From: Octopus sinensis
Taxonomy: Eukaryota
Reading direction: 5' to 3'
DNA length: 64,000 nucleotides
Assembly: GCF_006345805.1 (NCBI RefSeq)
Contig: NC_043006.1
Coordinates: 23,808,001-23,872,000 of the forward strand
Below the pieces are notes generated by a model. It did not search any database. It saw nothing but the letters and a program-made list of their open reading frames with translations, and was not told the DNA's origin. How positions within the stretch are numbered: position 1 is the first letter of the stretch; every line of letters begins with the position of its first letter. A program made the translations under genes and the position numbers. Shown here in pieces: positions 36,642 to 49,199 of the stretch.

Positions 36642-37670
36642 CATCATCATCATCGTTTAACGTCCGCTTTCCATGCTAGCATGGGTTCTACGATTTGACT
36701 GACGCTTGGCGAACCAGATGGCTGCACCAGGCTCCAATCTGATCTGGCAGAGTTTCTACAGCTGGATGGTCTTCCTAACGCCAACCACTCAGAGAGTCTA
36801 GTGAGTGCTTTTACGTGCTACCGGCATGAGGGCCAGTCAGGTGGTACTGGCAATGGCCATGCTCAAATGGTGTTTTTTACATGCCACCTGCACAGGAGCC
36901 AGTCCAGCAGCACTGGCAATGACCACGCTCGAATGTTTTTTTCACGTGCCACTGGTTCAAGAGCCACTAAGGCGAGGTTGGTAATGATCACACTCGAATG
37001 GTGCTTTTTACATGCCACCGGCACAGAAGCCAGTCAGCTGCTCTGGCAATGAACATGCTCGGATGGTGCTCTTAGTGCTCCACTAGCATGGATGCCAGTC
37101 ATCGAATTTGATTTCGATTTCACTTGCCTCAACAGATCTTCGCAAGCAGAGTTTAGTGTCCAATGAAGGAAAGGTACACATAAGTGGGCTGGTTACACCC
37201 CTGGCATAGGCCATGGATTATGGTCTCACTTGGCTTGCTGGGTCTTCTCACACACAGCATATTTCCAAAGGACACAGTCACTAGTCATTGCCTCAGTGAG
37301 GCCTACTGTTCGAAGGTCGTGCTTCACCACCTCATTTCAGGTCTTCATGAGTCTACCTCTTCAACAGGTGTGGCACTTTTTAACACAGCTATCCTCATCC
37401 ATTCTCACCATATGACCATACCAGCGCAGTCGTCTCTCTTGCACACCAGGGCACTTACACTGTCTTGCATGCACACTGACATTACACATCCAGTGGAGCA
37501 TACTGGCTTCATTCCTTGCGAGCATACGCATGTCCTCAGCAGTCACGGCCCATGTTTCACTGCCATATAGCATGGATGTTCATACACATGCGTCATACAG
37601 TCTACCTTTTACGCTGAGCGAGAGGCTCTTTGTCACCAGCAGAGTGCAAAAGAACTCAAGAGGTAGTTGG
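36642..37670 (-). mobile_element. 5'-truncated RTE-clade LINE (RT C-terminus, 3' UTR, (GAT)n tail)
   Basis: KGRLYDACV..MLYGSETWAV...MLHWMCNV...RRLRWYGHMVRMDEDSCVKK. Its 3' tail (...cgtccaacccatgctagcatggaaagcggacgttaaacgatgatg) also occurs alone at ~13060-13320, 19930-20190, 30230-30540, 40190-40400, 40900-41365, 52540-53160, 55520-55968, 59590-59775 and 60050-60267. Confidence 0.9.
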
Positions 37671-39440
37671 TGCTATGCCCATTTGAATCAACAAAACAGG
37701 GAAAAGCCAACCTGAAATATACCCCTTAAAGACAATATGTAATATTAACCATAAGTTACTTCATGAGACATCTAAAAGATTCAGTGACCTTTCAGACAAA
37801 TCACCTCCTCAGCCACTGTTCAACTAAAGACACAATATCTAAGATGTCCACATCACAAGTAGGTGGTGTCTGTAAGTCAACGACCATATTTTCCAGCACG
37901 CAAATGAACACAGTATGTAGCGTAAACATTTAGACATTGTGACTATCTTTCCATAATCTGCAGCAATTTCACACCAAGTTTTCGGTCCTTCAGAGTCATT
38001 ATGGTAAGTCAACCTATGGTTTTGGTGGGACATGGGCTGTAAAATTTGGTCTGAAAAATACAGTAGGCGCAGGTAAAGGAATAAAAGTAGGATCTTTACA
38101 TGTCACTGAGATATAATAATTGCCTGACAAAGTTTAATTATTATAGATTTTCTAGGCTAGCATAGGTTAGATGAATACATTACAGACAGGTCGTTTCTGT
38201 AGTTGAATACCCTTCCTGTCACTAACTCTTACTTGTTTACCAAGTAAAGGACCTTTTATTTTACACAAAGCAAACATTAAAACTTGTTGACAGGAAAACT
38301 GACAACGGCATCACCACTCGAAGCCTGTGGTTTTCAAAGAAGTGCAAATGAAAACAAAAACAGACACACATACATTTTGGCATCCACCAAAGCTGACTTT
38401 CTAAGGCACCAAACCATAAACCATACCTGTTTCAAAGCAAGGTAACATTTGCTCATGGCTGAACGTGCTTCCATAGAATTATGGAAACAAAGGACACTGC
38501 TTGTATGTTGGTGGAACTTGTTTACAGCTGTCATGTGATGTCATGACAAGGAGACTCAAAGACACACACACACAATGCATGTGCATATGCATTTACACAT
38601 ATACACAATGGGCTTCTTTCAGTTTCTATTTACCAAGTCCACTCAGAAGGCTTTGGTTGCACCAACGCTATATTGGAAGACACATGCCCAAGGTGCAACA
38701 CTGGGGCTGAACCCCAAACCATGTTGTTGGGAAGTAAGCTGCTTAAACACACAAATGTGTTTGTGCATGTGTGTGTGTGTATATCATCAACATTTAACAT
38801 CCATTTTACATGCTGGCATGGGTTGGACAGCTTTACAGAAATTGACATGGTCAGGGGCCACACCAGTATATACATACATGTACGCATGTGTGTGTGTGTG
38901 TGCATATATCTGTATCCATGATAAATATGAGATACAGTTTACACCTTTTGTTCGGCCACCACTCCCACCACCATTACCATAATTACCACCACAAAGTACT
39001 AACACCACTACAACCCAATGAGGGAGCCTGTATGCAGCTGCCCATCCTGTAAGAAAAGGCAGCAAAATCTAACTCAAATCATAGCATATTTTGAGGGGAG
39101 GCAAAACACATTAAATAATGTACTCCTAGATATGCAATGTCTGACAAAAAAACAAAACATGGTCACAGATGGAACATTTTTGGCTATAGATTTACTGGAT
39201 TAGAGCAGGTATAGGGTTAAATAACTCCTACTACTACCACCATAGTCACCCATTGAACATTTACTTCCAACACCTGTTGATAGGTAGAAATAGTTCAAGG
39301 TAACCGGCTTGTTTCGCTATGAGTTTTAAAAAGAAGGAGGTAGCAACTCCAGGTTGTACTTGATAATGAAGTCATACACACACACACACACACATAAATT
39401 TATTGATCTATTAAGGTAAGATCAACAAAAAAAAAAAATG

Positions 39441-39726
39441 TATTTCATTTAGTGAAAGATAAATATCATTTAATGCACATGTTATTTTATAATAATAGCT
39501 ACAAATAATTCCTAACCAAAGAGACACTGACATTAGACAAATTTCTATAATGTGCCTTGTGTTTCCAGACAATCTTCAAGTCTACTGGCTTTCAAATAGA
39601 ACCAAGTGCTATGAGCCCGAAGATTATTTGGAGACACAAAACACATTATGTAAATCTGCATAATCACAGTGTCGCTATGACAAGAAATTATTGGAAGCTC
39701 TTATCTTAAATACTGTACACATTAGA

Positions 39727-39767
<41 letters not shown>

Positions 39768-39925
39768 CAATGCGCTTCGTTTTAGCCTTCAATGACGCCG
39801 CCCTGCTGGAGACACAAGGCACATTATACAAAATGTCAGTGACTCTTTGGTTAGGAATTATTTGTAGCTGTTATTATAAAATAACATGTGCATTAAATGA
39901 TATTTATCTTTCACTAAATGAAATA
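39441..39925. repeat. Tail-to-tail inverted repeat (~125-bp arms) of a PLE 3' end around (TA)n
   Basis: 39441-39568 is the reverse complement of 39806-39925. Confidence 0.85.
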
Positions 39926-40142
39926 TATATATTTCAGACCTGGAATTAAGCAGTGTGTAGGAATTATTGGATCTAAGAAGAATATGAAATCTTTCTGCTA
40001 TACATAATTTGCATTTCTTAGAGACATTAACATATGGCTTAGATTTCTCCATGATTCTCCATTTAATTGTATGTAGAGTGGAGATGGTCTTCAAATTCCA
40101 TACATGGCTAGCTAACTTAACTGCATTATATTTGTCCATGTG
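39765..40142 (-). mobile_element. PLE 3' fragment (GIY-YIG C-terminus)
   Basis: KLASHVWNLK...IKWRIMEKSKPY..SKKCKLCIAERFHI...LLNSRSEI, terminating at (TA)n. Confidence 0.88.
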
Positions 40143-41395
40143 GAAAGAAAATGGGTGGTTTGCATAATGTTTTTGAATTTGCCTTCATCATCATCATCGT
40201 TTAATGTCCGTTTTCCATGCTGGCATGGGTTGGACGGTTTGACTGAGGCCTGGAAAGGCAGCAGCTGCACTAAGCTCCAATCTAATCTAGCAATGTTTCT
40301 ACAGCTTGATGCCCTTCCTAATGCCAACTACTCTAAGAGTGTAGTGGGCACTTTTTACATGCCACCAGCACAGGAGCCAGTCGGGGGCACTGGCATAACC
40401 AAATGCCATTCCTCTTTTCAATTAAGTTATCTTGAAAATTAAATTAGAGAGTGTGTGTGTGTGTGTACACATGCGCATGTGATGCAAATAATTCTCTCTA
40501 ATTTTGTCACAAGGCCAACAATTTGTCAGCTAAGGGGTTAGTCAATTACATCAACTCCAGTGTCCAACTGAGTACTTTCACTCACCCTGAAAAGGTGAAA
40601 GGCAAAGTTGGCCCTGGCAGAATTTGAACCCAGAGCACAAAGTCAGAAGAAATGCCTGGTGGCATTTCTTTCTGCACATTAACAATTCTGCCAGCTCACT
40701 CTTAAATAACAGTAACAGATAAAGGGACAGCTAAAAATCTAGGCATTCACCTCAGCAGCACGTCATACAGTTGAACGACAATGTAAGGGTTACACCCTTT
40801 GCTTAACCAAAGAATGGTTAGTTATACTTTGGTCAATTATTAAAAGAGCACTCTGCCAATTCGAGGCAGGTATATAAAACTGCTGTTCGATATGAAATAA
40901 ATGGTGTTTGTTCTCCAAAGCATACGTAACATACTTCTCTTATGCATTCCTTCTTTCTTGGGACACAAAACTCCACTTGTGAAGACCTGTTGAGGCAAGT
41001 GAAAATCAAAATCGTAATCGATCAACATCAATGGAATTTGTAGTTGTGATACCAGTGCCGGAGGCACGTAAGAGAACCATTCGAACATGGCCGTGGCCAG
41101 CGCCGCCCTGACTGGCCTCCGTGCCGGTGGCACGTAAAAAGCACCATCCGATCGTGGCCGTTTGCCAGCCTCGTCTGGCACGTAAAAAGCACCCACTACA
41201 CTCACGGAGTGGTTGGCGTTAGGAAGGGCATCCAGCTGTAGAAACACTGCCAGATCAGACTGGGCCTGGTGCAGCCTTCTGGCTTCCCAGACCCCAGTTG
41301 AACCGTCCAACCCATGCTAGCATGGAAAGCGGACGGTAAACGACGACGACGATGATGATGATGATATATATCAAAGAAAAGTGTTAACAATGGCA

Positions 41396-41616
41396 CAGTA
41401 ATCCCTCCGATATCGTGGTTCACCTATCACAGTTTATTATGTCGATTATGTCGATTCCTCTGTGGTGTTGTTTTGCATTTATAATAAAATAAATATATTA
41501 AAATTATAAAGATAATAAAAAAAAACATATACAGCACTGTTTCTACTTTGCGGATTTTCACCTATCGTGGAGGGTGGGGGTGGAGCATAACACCCACAAT
41601 AGTTAAAGGATTACTA
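41396..41616. mobile_element. Tigger/pogo-like MITE
   Basis: CAGTAATCCCCTCCGATATCG...AATAGTTAAAGGATTACTA; degenerate TIRs. Confidence 0.55.
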
Positions 41617-41841
41617 TATATAATACACACACACGTTATTTTAGATACAATCACACACACATGCACATCTATGATTATACATAAAAAAAGACAGTGTGTG
41701 CGTGTGTGTGTATGTGAGTGTGTATGTGTGTGTATGTGCATGCGTGTGTGTATATGTGAGTGTGTATGTGTCTAGTGGATAATTAAATTTCACCAGATTG
41801 ATTTGCCTTTTGAACACTGTGACGACTTAGATGGTGACTTG

Positions 41842-41888
<47 letters not shown>

Positions 41889-42413
41889 GCTACCAATACA
41901 TATACACACAAACACATGGCCCTTGTGGATTAATAATTTAGTGCAGACAGGTGGCAGCAGTGGCAAGGGCACCGGAATGAGTGGTCGAGGACAAGGAGGA
42001 AGAGGAAAAGATGATAAAACCACCATAAGATCAACATTCGCACAGGCAGACACTGCAGCTTTTCTCTCTTACTCATTTCAATCATTAGACTGTGGCCATG
42101 CTGGAGCACTGCCTTGAAGAATATTTTTAGTCAAATGAATAGACCCCAGAACTTTCTTCCTTTAAAGCCTGCTGCTTATTTTATTAGTCTCTTATGCCAA
42201 ACCACTAAATTACAGGGATATCAATAAACCAACACCTGTTTGATGTGTATTCTACTTGCATTCATTTGTATGATTGTTTGATATAATTAACCAAATTTAT
42301 TTAAAACAGTGCTTTATTGATATCTACCTGGATTTTTTTAAACTCCTTTTTTTTCTCTCTTTTTGATTTACATATATATATATATATATATTATAATAAT
42401 AATAATAATAATA

Positions 42414-42775
42414 AGAGCACTCAGAGAGCACAAACCTCTGCCAAGGCAACGCAAACGTCCTCTCAACGATTAGCCAGAGATGATTTTTAAAATGGGAATA
42501 TCTGAAATAAACTCGAATGCTCCCACAAATTAGAATACTAAAAATGAACCTGACTGCTCTCTCAAAAATTAAGTAAAAATTAGGAACAGTAATCCAGAAT
42601 CCTTGCCTGGCACCAGATTGATCCCATAATCTAATCAGTTCATGCCAGTCACAAGGCCAAACATCCCTGAAAGTGTGTTATCCGAATCCATCCAGCGGTT
42701 CCTGAGATACCTTGTCCATGGACAGACAACCAAACAAACACGACTGAAAACAATACCTCCTAAGGTGAAACTAAT
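42414..42775 (+). mobile_element. Helentron-associated (HINE-like) non-autonomous element
   Basis: AAGAGCACTCAGAGAGCACAAACCTCTGCCAAGG...AATCTAATCAGTTC...GGACAGACAACCAAACAAACACGACTGAAAACAATACCTCC; resembles ccgccaagg-type subterminal-IR elements. Confidence 0.5.
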
Positions 42776-42794
42776 AATGATGATGATAATAATA

Positions 42795-43533
42795 ATCCTT
42801 TCTACTATAGGCACAAGGCCTGAAATTTTGCAGGGATCAATTACATTGATCCCAATGTTTCACTGGTACTCAATTTATCGTCCCCATAGGATGAAAGGCA
42901 AAATACTGCTAAGCATTTCATCCAACATGCTAACGATTCTACCAGCCCACCACCTTAATAATGATAATAATCTTTTCTACTGGAAAAACAAGGATTCAAA
43001 TTTGGGGGAAGGGATTAAGTCGATTACATCGACCCCAGTGCATAACTAGTACTTATTTAATCAACACTGAAAGGATGAAAGGCGAAGCCAACCTCAGAAT
43101 ATAGCAACAAGCTAAATACCGCTACGCATTGCGCCCAACATGCTAACGGTTCTGCCTTTACATAGATATAAATAATTTTAGTCAATTATATCAACCCCAG
43201 TGTGTAACTGGTACTTATTTAATCGACCCCCGAAAGGATGAAAGGCAAAGTCAACCTCAGGAGAATTTGAACTCAGAACATAGTGACGAGCAAAATACCG
43301 CTAACGATTCTGCCAGCTCGCCACCTTAATATTATTAATAATGGGCTTCAAATTTGGGGGAAGGGATCAAGTCGATTACATCAACCCCAGTGCATAACTG
43401 GTACTTATTTTATCAGCCATGAAAGGATGAAACGTAAAGTTAACCTTGGCGTAATTTGAACTCAGAACATAGCGAGGGGCAAAATACCACTGAGTTTCGT
43501 CCAGCGCTCTAATGATTCTGCCAGCTCACTGCT

Positions 43534-43566
<33 letters not shown>

Positions 43567-43800
43567 TAATAATAATAATAATAATCCTTTCTACTATATG
43601 CACAAGGCCTGAAATTTTGTGGGAAGGGACTAGTCAATGTACATCAATCTTCAAATGTTTCACTGGTACTTCATTTATTGACCCCGAAAGGATCAAAGGC
43701 AAAGTTGACCTTGGTGGAACTTGAACTCAGAGCATAGTGACAGGCGAAATACCACTGAGCAATTCATCCAGCATGCTAACGATTCTGCCAGCTCGCCACC
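42795..43800 (-). mobile_element. Head-to-tail array of family 1 SINEs in (AAT)n
   Basis: Four to five copies. Similar arrays at 33310-33760 and 49300-49975. Confidence 0.85.
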
Positions 43801-43827
43801 TTAATAATAATAATAATAATAATAATC

Positions 43828-43868
<41 letters not shown>

Positions 43869-46100
43869 TCTTTTATTTGTTTCAGTCATTTGACTGCAGC
43901 CATGTTGGCGCACTGCCTTTAGTTGAGCAAATCAACCCCAGAATTTATTCTTTGTAAGACTAGTACTTATTCTATCGGTTCTCTTTTGCCAAACCACTAA
44001 GTTACAGGGACGTAAACACACCAGTATCGTTTGTCAAGTGATGGTGGGGGGACAAAGACACACATACAATACACACACACACATATATACAACAGGCTTC
44101 TTTCAGTTTCCATCTACCAAATCCACTTACAAGGCTTTGGTCGGCCCAAGGCTATAGTAGAAGACACTTGCCCAAGGTGCTACACAGTAGGAATGAACCC
44201 CAAACCATGTGGTTGGTAAGCAAGCTACTTACCACACAGCCACTCCTTAAAGGATTATGTATGGCAAAGTAGCATTAGCATTACCTGAATTATTACTGGA
44301 TTTCTATATTAACCATTGAATAACCTATTTCGATTCCCTGACTGAGCAAACCAGTAAACGTTTGGAGAAATCTCTAATTGATTCCCAATACAAGGTAAAT
44401 TAGCAGCATCGTTAGCAGGCTGGACAGAATTCTTAGTGGCAATTCATCCATCTTTACAAACTTAGTTCAAATTCCGGCAAGGTTAATTGTGCTTTTCATC
44501 CCTTCACAAGCAATAAAATAATTATCCGTTAAGCATTGGGGTTAATGTATTCCACGATGGATGGAGTTAGGTAAGGTACAGCTCAAATATTTGATCACTA
44601 TAAACAAATCATTTGTGCAGGTCATTCCACAATAAATTGGACCTCATATGTCATCAACAGGAGAGTCCATCATACACACACACACATACAGATAGATACA
44701 GACAGACAGATGGATATATACAGATAGATAGACAGACAGACAGACAGATAGATGATAGATAGATAGATAGATACATAGATAGATACATACATACATACAT
44801 ACATACATACACACATAAATAGATAGATACATGCATACTTACATAAATTGATAGACAGACAGACAGATACATAAATACATACAGAGATAAAGAGATACAT
44901 ACACACATACACAGCTGCTAACTATGCAGCCACAGGCAGGCAGGCAGCCAAACACACACACACACACTATAAACAAGCCTAGTGTGGGTTCAAGTTGAGA
45001 CAAGTCGATTCTTGACAAACACAATTTCCTATCAGTAAAAACAGTTGAAGCCATGCAAACCAGTGGCATGCCTCAAGCTTAAAGCAGTTCCATAGATCTT
45101 TATTTTATAATTGTATTTTGATTGTTTTCGGTTGGGGGGGAAGGTTCTTGGAGGGGGGGGGGCATTTTTCTTTACACAGTTCACTCAAAATGACTTTGGT
45201 TTTTTTAAATTTTTTTTATCAGAATTTGCTATATTTTTGTTTTGTTTTCAATGTGTGTACACACACACACACACATACTGGGGTGGGGGAAGAAGTCATG
45301 ACAATTGACTTACTGGCCTGTTTACCAGACTACCACCTCCTCCTTCTCCCCACCCCCTAAATTATCCCCTATCACTCATCTTTAAAAATATCTTTTCTTT
45401 ACACTCTTTAAGCTGTAATATTCACAAAATATCTTTTTTTTAATATTTTTAAATTATTTTTACTTTCCCCTTTCACAAGTCACACACAACGAAGAAATAC
45501 AATTCAAACATTCAAAATTAACAACAAAATACCAACAATGTAGTAGTAGTAGTAGTGATGGTAGTAACAGAAAGAAGGTAACAGTACTTTATTAATCAAT
45601 GTATGCTTCTAGTCTCCCAGTCTCTCTCTCTTTTTTTTTCCTCCCTTCTCTATGTTGGTTCATGTTATTCTTTGTATCATTGCTTGTAAGCTAATTAAGG
45701 AAAAGCTATTAGCGGAAGTATAATGAGATATTTCACACGCACACATACACACACATGCACACACACATGTATGTATGTAATGTTGAAAGATTTTCATAAA
45801 CAAATCTGTGTATATGCGAACATGCATGCATGTATGTATACTTGCACGTGTCCATAAATATTATGCACTATGCACACCCTGATGTGCATTTACACATGCA
45901 CAAGTAGTGCACATATGAATGTATGTACATACACAGATTAATATATATATGTGTGTGCATGTGTGTGTAGGTACATGTACACTCTCTCTTGCCAAAATCA
46001 CACTCTCAGCCAGATTAATCGGTGCATTCCTCTTTAACATTTTATAGGCTTTGTGCCAAATAAACCGTATCATTATTAATTTCATCATCATCATCTTTAC

Positions 46101-46139
<39 letters not shown>

Positions 46140-46289
46140 TACTACTACCTGAAAGGAAGTGCAGTGGCAGAAACAATAAAGTGCTGCTCTAAATACTTGG
46201 AAACAACATATAATAACTATGTCCCTTGACCCCCCCCCCATCCATCCATCCATTTTCCCTGCCAACAATTCCTGGGGTGGAGAGGGTAG

Positions 46290-46560
46290 AGTCCTCATTC
46301 ACCTCTTCCATAGGGTCTTATCATAAGGAACCATCATTATGCTTTCCTACTGAATTCCAAAGCATGATCAGTTGAGATTATGGATATTATCCAAGCATTT
46401 CATTCTTGGTCAACCTCTAGGTCATCCCACCAGTTGACTTGGCTTTGAAGAGTCCATCTTGAGATTCTTTCTTATGACACTTCTAATCATGACCCTTTAC
46501 TCTCCTGGCTCAACTTACACCTGAGGGTCAACTGTGATGTTCTTCCCTCTTGGTTGATAA
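46290..46560 (-). mobile_element. Highly decayed RTE LINE 3' fragment
   Basis: *PRG*PRMKCLDNIHNL...YDKTLWKR corresponds to the RPRGRPRxRWxDNI...DRxxWR end of RTE ORFs, with CGA>TGA decay. Confidence 0.6.
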
Positions 46561-47310
46561 AGACTGAGAAGTGGTCATAAGAAGAATAACCAATTTCATT
46601 TCTTAGAAATGGGCTGAGGGGAAGCTGTCTCAAGAAAGTTGGGCACAAGTAACACATGTCCACAGAGCTTTGCCTCTTTCTCATAACCTGTCCCAGGAAA
46701 CATCTAACCTGATTGGAGTGTATGGCCTTTTACTTCTTGTAAAAGGAGTAGGTTCTGCAGGCCTGGCGGGGTCAACCTGCTCCCAATGCCCACAACAGTG
46801 AGGTCTCAGGATGGTGTGGCTGATGAAACACAAGGCAATACGTTGTGACTGGCACATCTCTAGAGACTCCTGGACAATGACAATGGTGAATAGATGTGGT
46901 CACTGTTTGCAGGACAGGTCTGATAATAGGTCATTTCTTTGACTGATTTGCAAGCGAGGTCTTTGCATTCAGAATGGTGCCAGATACTCACTGCCTTCTG
47001 TCAACCCTCACATTTGAAAGAGGGTACATGGAAGGTATAAGCAATAGTGATCTGGAAATGATTCTGGGGAACAATTACAACAATCTAAGTAGTCACTTAA
47101 AAAAAAATTTCACATTGGGGATTATGGACATTTTCCAAAAGTCCCTGGTCTATCAGGGTTACAGATGACGGGCTTTGGTTATTTAAGATATGCTGTACAC
47201 GAATGGTCATAACAGAGTAACCAGTACCTGTGCACAGGATGATGAAACCATCTCTCTCTCTCTCACTCTCTCTCACACACACACCTTGCATCTGCATGTT
47301 GCTGATTTAA

Positions 47311-47545
47311 CCCTATTGATACCAACCCACCTGAGGCTACCTCAGGTTCTATGACAAACTTACTGTTATAAAGTGGTCTAAATTATAATTATTATCTAAA
47401 TTATAATCTTCCATCAAAATTTTATGCTAATTTATTCCAAACCCCAGCTTAATAATGGGAAAGTTGTTTTACAAATTTTTTATTATTTTTAAAATTTATT
47501 GAAACAAAAGCAACATATGTCAACAGAAATATGGTAAGAAAAGGG
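47311..47545. mobile_element. piggyBac-type MITE (TTAA|CCC...GGG|TTAA)
   Basis: TTAA CCCTATTGATACCAACC...TAAGAAAAGGG TTAA; same family as 51574-51791, 51812-52032 and 52569-52789. Confidence 0.8.
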
Positions 47546-47720
47546 TTAAGGGTTTACGTCTAACAGCGATTACCACATGAAGGACAGGTCCAGCTACCAA
47601 CCATGTCTAATATGTCAAGGACAGCTTTTTATCTCAGTCCATGTCCTTTTCTTAAATATTACTTGATGAGGAAATTAGGGATAGCTGTAGGCTGCCAATA
47701 AGAACTGGGAGAAGGCACTT

Positions 47721-47780
47721 TCCTAAAGGGACTTTGGAACACCTCTGCAGACACATAGTGATTCCAAAGTCCATTTAGGA
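47721..47780. other. 60-nt hairpin, pre-miRNA-like geometry
   Basis: TCCTAAA G GGACTTTGGAA CAC [15 nt] GTG A TTCCAAAGTCC A TTTAGGA. Confidence 0.35.
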
Positions 47781-49055
47781 GAAGGTACAAAACCACATCA
47801 ATCAATCCCCCAGTATTTTACAAGTATGAAGTGATAAGAATCAACTGAAGAGAAAGCAGATGTCTAAAATGGTGCTGAAGATAATTATGGTATTTTGTCT
47901 GGCACTTCACCATTCCTGACATACCATTTCTTTATTTCCGCAGCAATAAAAAAAATTATTGCTTCCTTTGTTTATCTGTGTTTGTTGGATTGTTTGAATA
48001 ATGAAAATAACGTTAATTATGACAAGAGACTAACAAAAGAATGAGATTCTAACAGAACAGCTCACATGGACTGTGGGCACAATACAACTGTGACCTACAC
48101 ACTGAATACAATGAATAAGCAGTCAAACAAACTACTGGATGTATTCATGGGTCGAATGAAGAAGCGACTGTAAATTAGGAGAGAAAAATCTATTCATATG
48201 GACATGCAAATGCATACTTAAATACGCACACATACAAACTTACATATTTTGGTTTAACAATTAAATACACATCACTGTTTAGCATCCACTTTCCCATGCT
48301 TGCATGGGTCGGACGGAATTTGCAGAAGGAGGTTTTCTATGGCTGGAAGCTCTTCTTGTCACCAACCCTCACCTATTTCCAAATAAGGTAAAATTAGAAA
48401 CAAAGGAGACTGCTTAAATAATGGTCACAGACACATATATATATCATCATCATCATTATTGACAATTGATGTCCATTTTCCATGCATGGGCTGAATGGCA
48501 CAACAGGAACTGGCAAAGCCAGGGACCACACCAGGTTCCATAGTCTGTCTCTATGGCTGGATGCCCTTCCTAATGCCAACCACTCCCCAGAATGCCCTGG
48601 GTGCTTTTTAAGTAGCATCATCACCAACACCAATGCTTTTTAAGTGGAACAGTGGTTTTAGAATCTCAATTCTGTTGTGATGGCCATGTCTTCTGAAGTA
48701 CATACATACACACACAAACACACACAAGGCAGCAATTTGGCAAAATTGTCACCATGCCAGACAAACTCCAGCCCCAGTCAACTTTACCTTTCATTTCTCC
48801 AGGGTTAATAAAATGAAGTACCAGTCAAGTATGGGGAGGAGGGCAATGTCTCCTCCCCTCAAAAATTGAACCCTAAAACAGACCAACATCCTATTCAGAG
48901 AAATGCTGTGATCCCTATCACTTATCAACTATAGAAACTGAATAATTGTCAGTATCTGCTCTGCATGGGTTTGATGGGTTGTTGGGGTTCAAAGTCGGTT
49001 CTTGTACAGAATGACAGAACTTCGAGACAGATCTGAGGATCACATCTGGCTCATA

Positions 49056-49199
49056 CACTAGCGTAGCTAGAGTGTGTGCCACCCGGGGTGGCCTTTCCAT
49101 TTGCCACCCACCATACCCCACAAAAAAACACATTGTCTACAGCAGACCCAAAAGTGCCACCCAGGACAGAATGCCTCTACCGCCAATGCTACACTAGTG
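49056..49199. mobile_element. Short hAT-type MITE
   Basis: GGCTCATA|CACTAGCGTAGC...GCTACACTAGTG|TGCTCATA: 12-bp TIR and 7/8 TSD match. Confidence 0.75.

Noticed and set aside
37839-38050. Coding-looking minus-strand segment after gtatttttcag
   Set aside because: There is no donor, all frames stop or give no recognisable homology; possibly a decayed transposon.
38443-38490. Phase-0 minus-strand donor after MEARSAMSKCYLALKQ as a host exon
   Set aside because: No acceptor giving a phase-0 start was found, and the peptide is not clearly coiled-coil.
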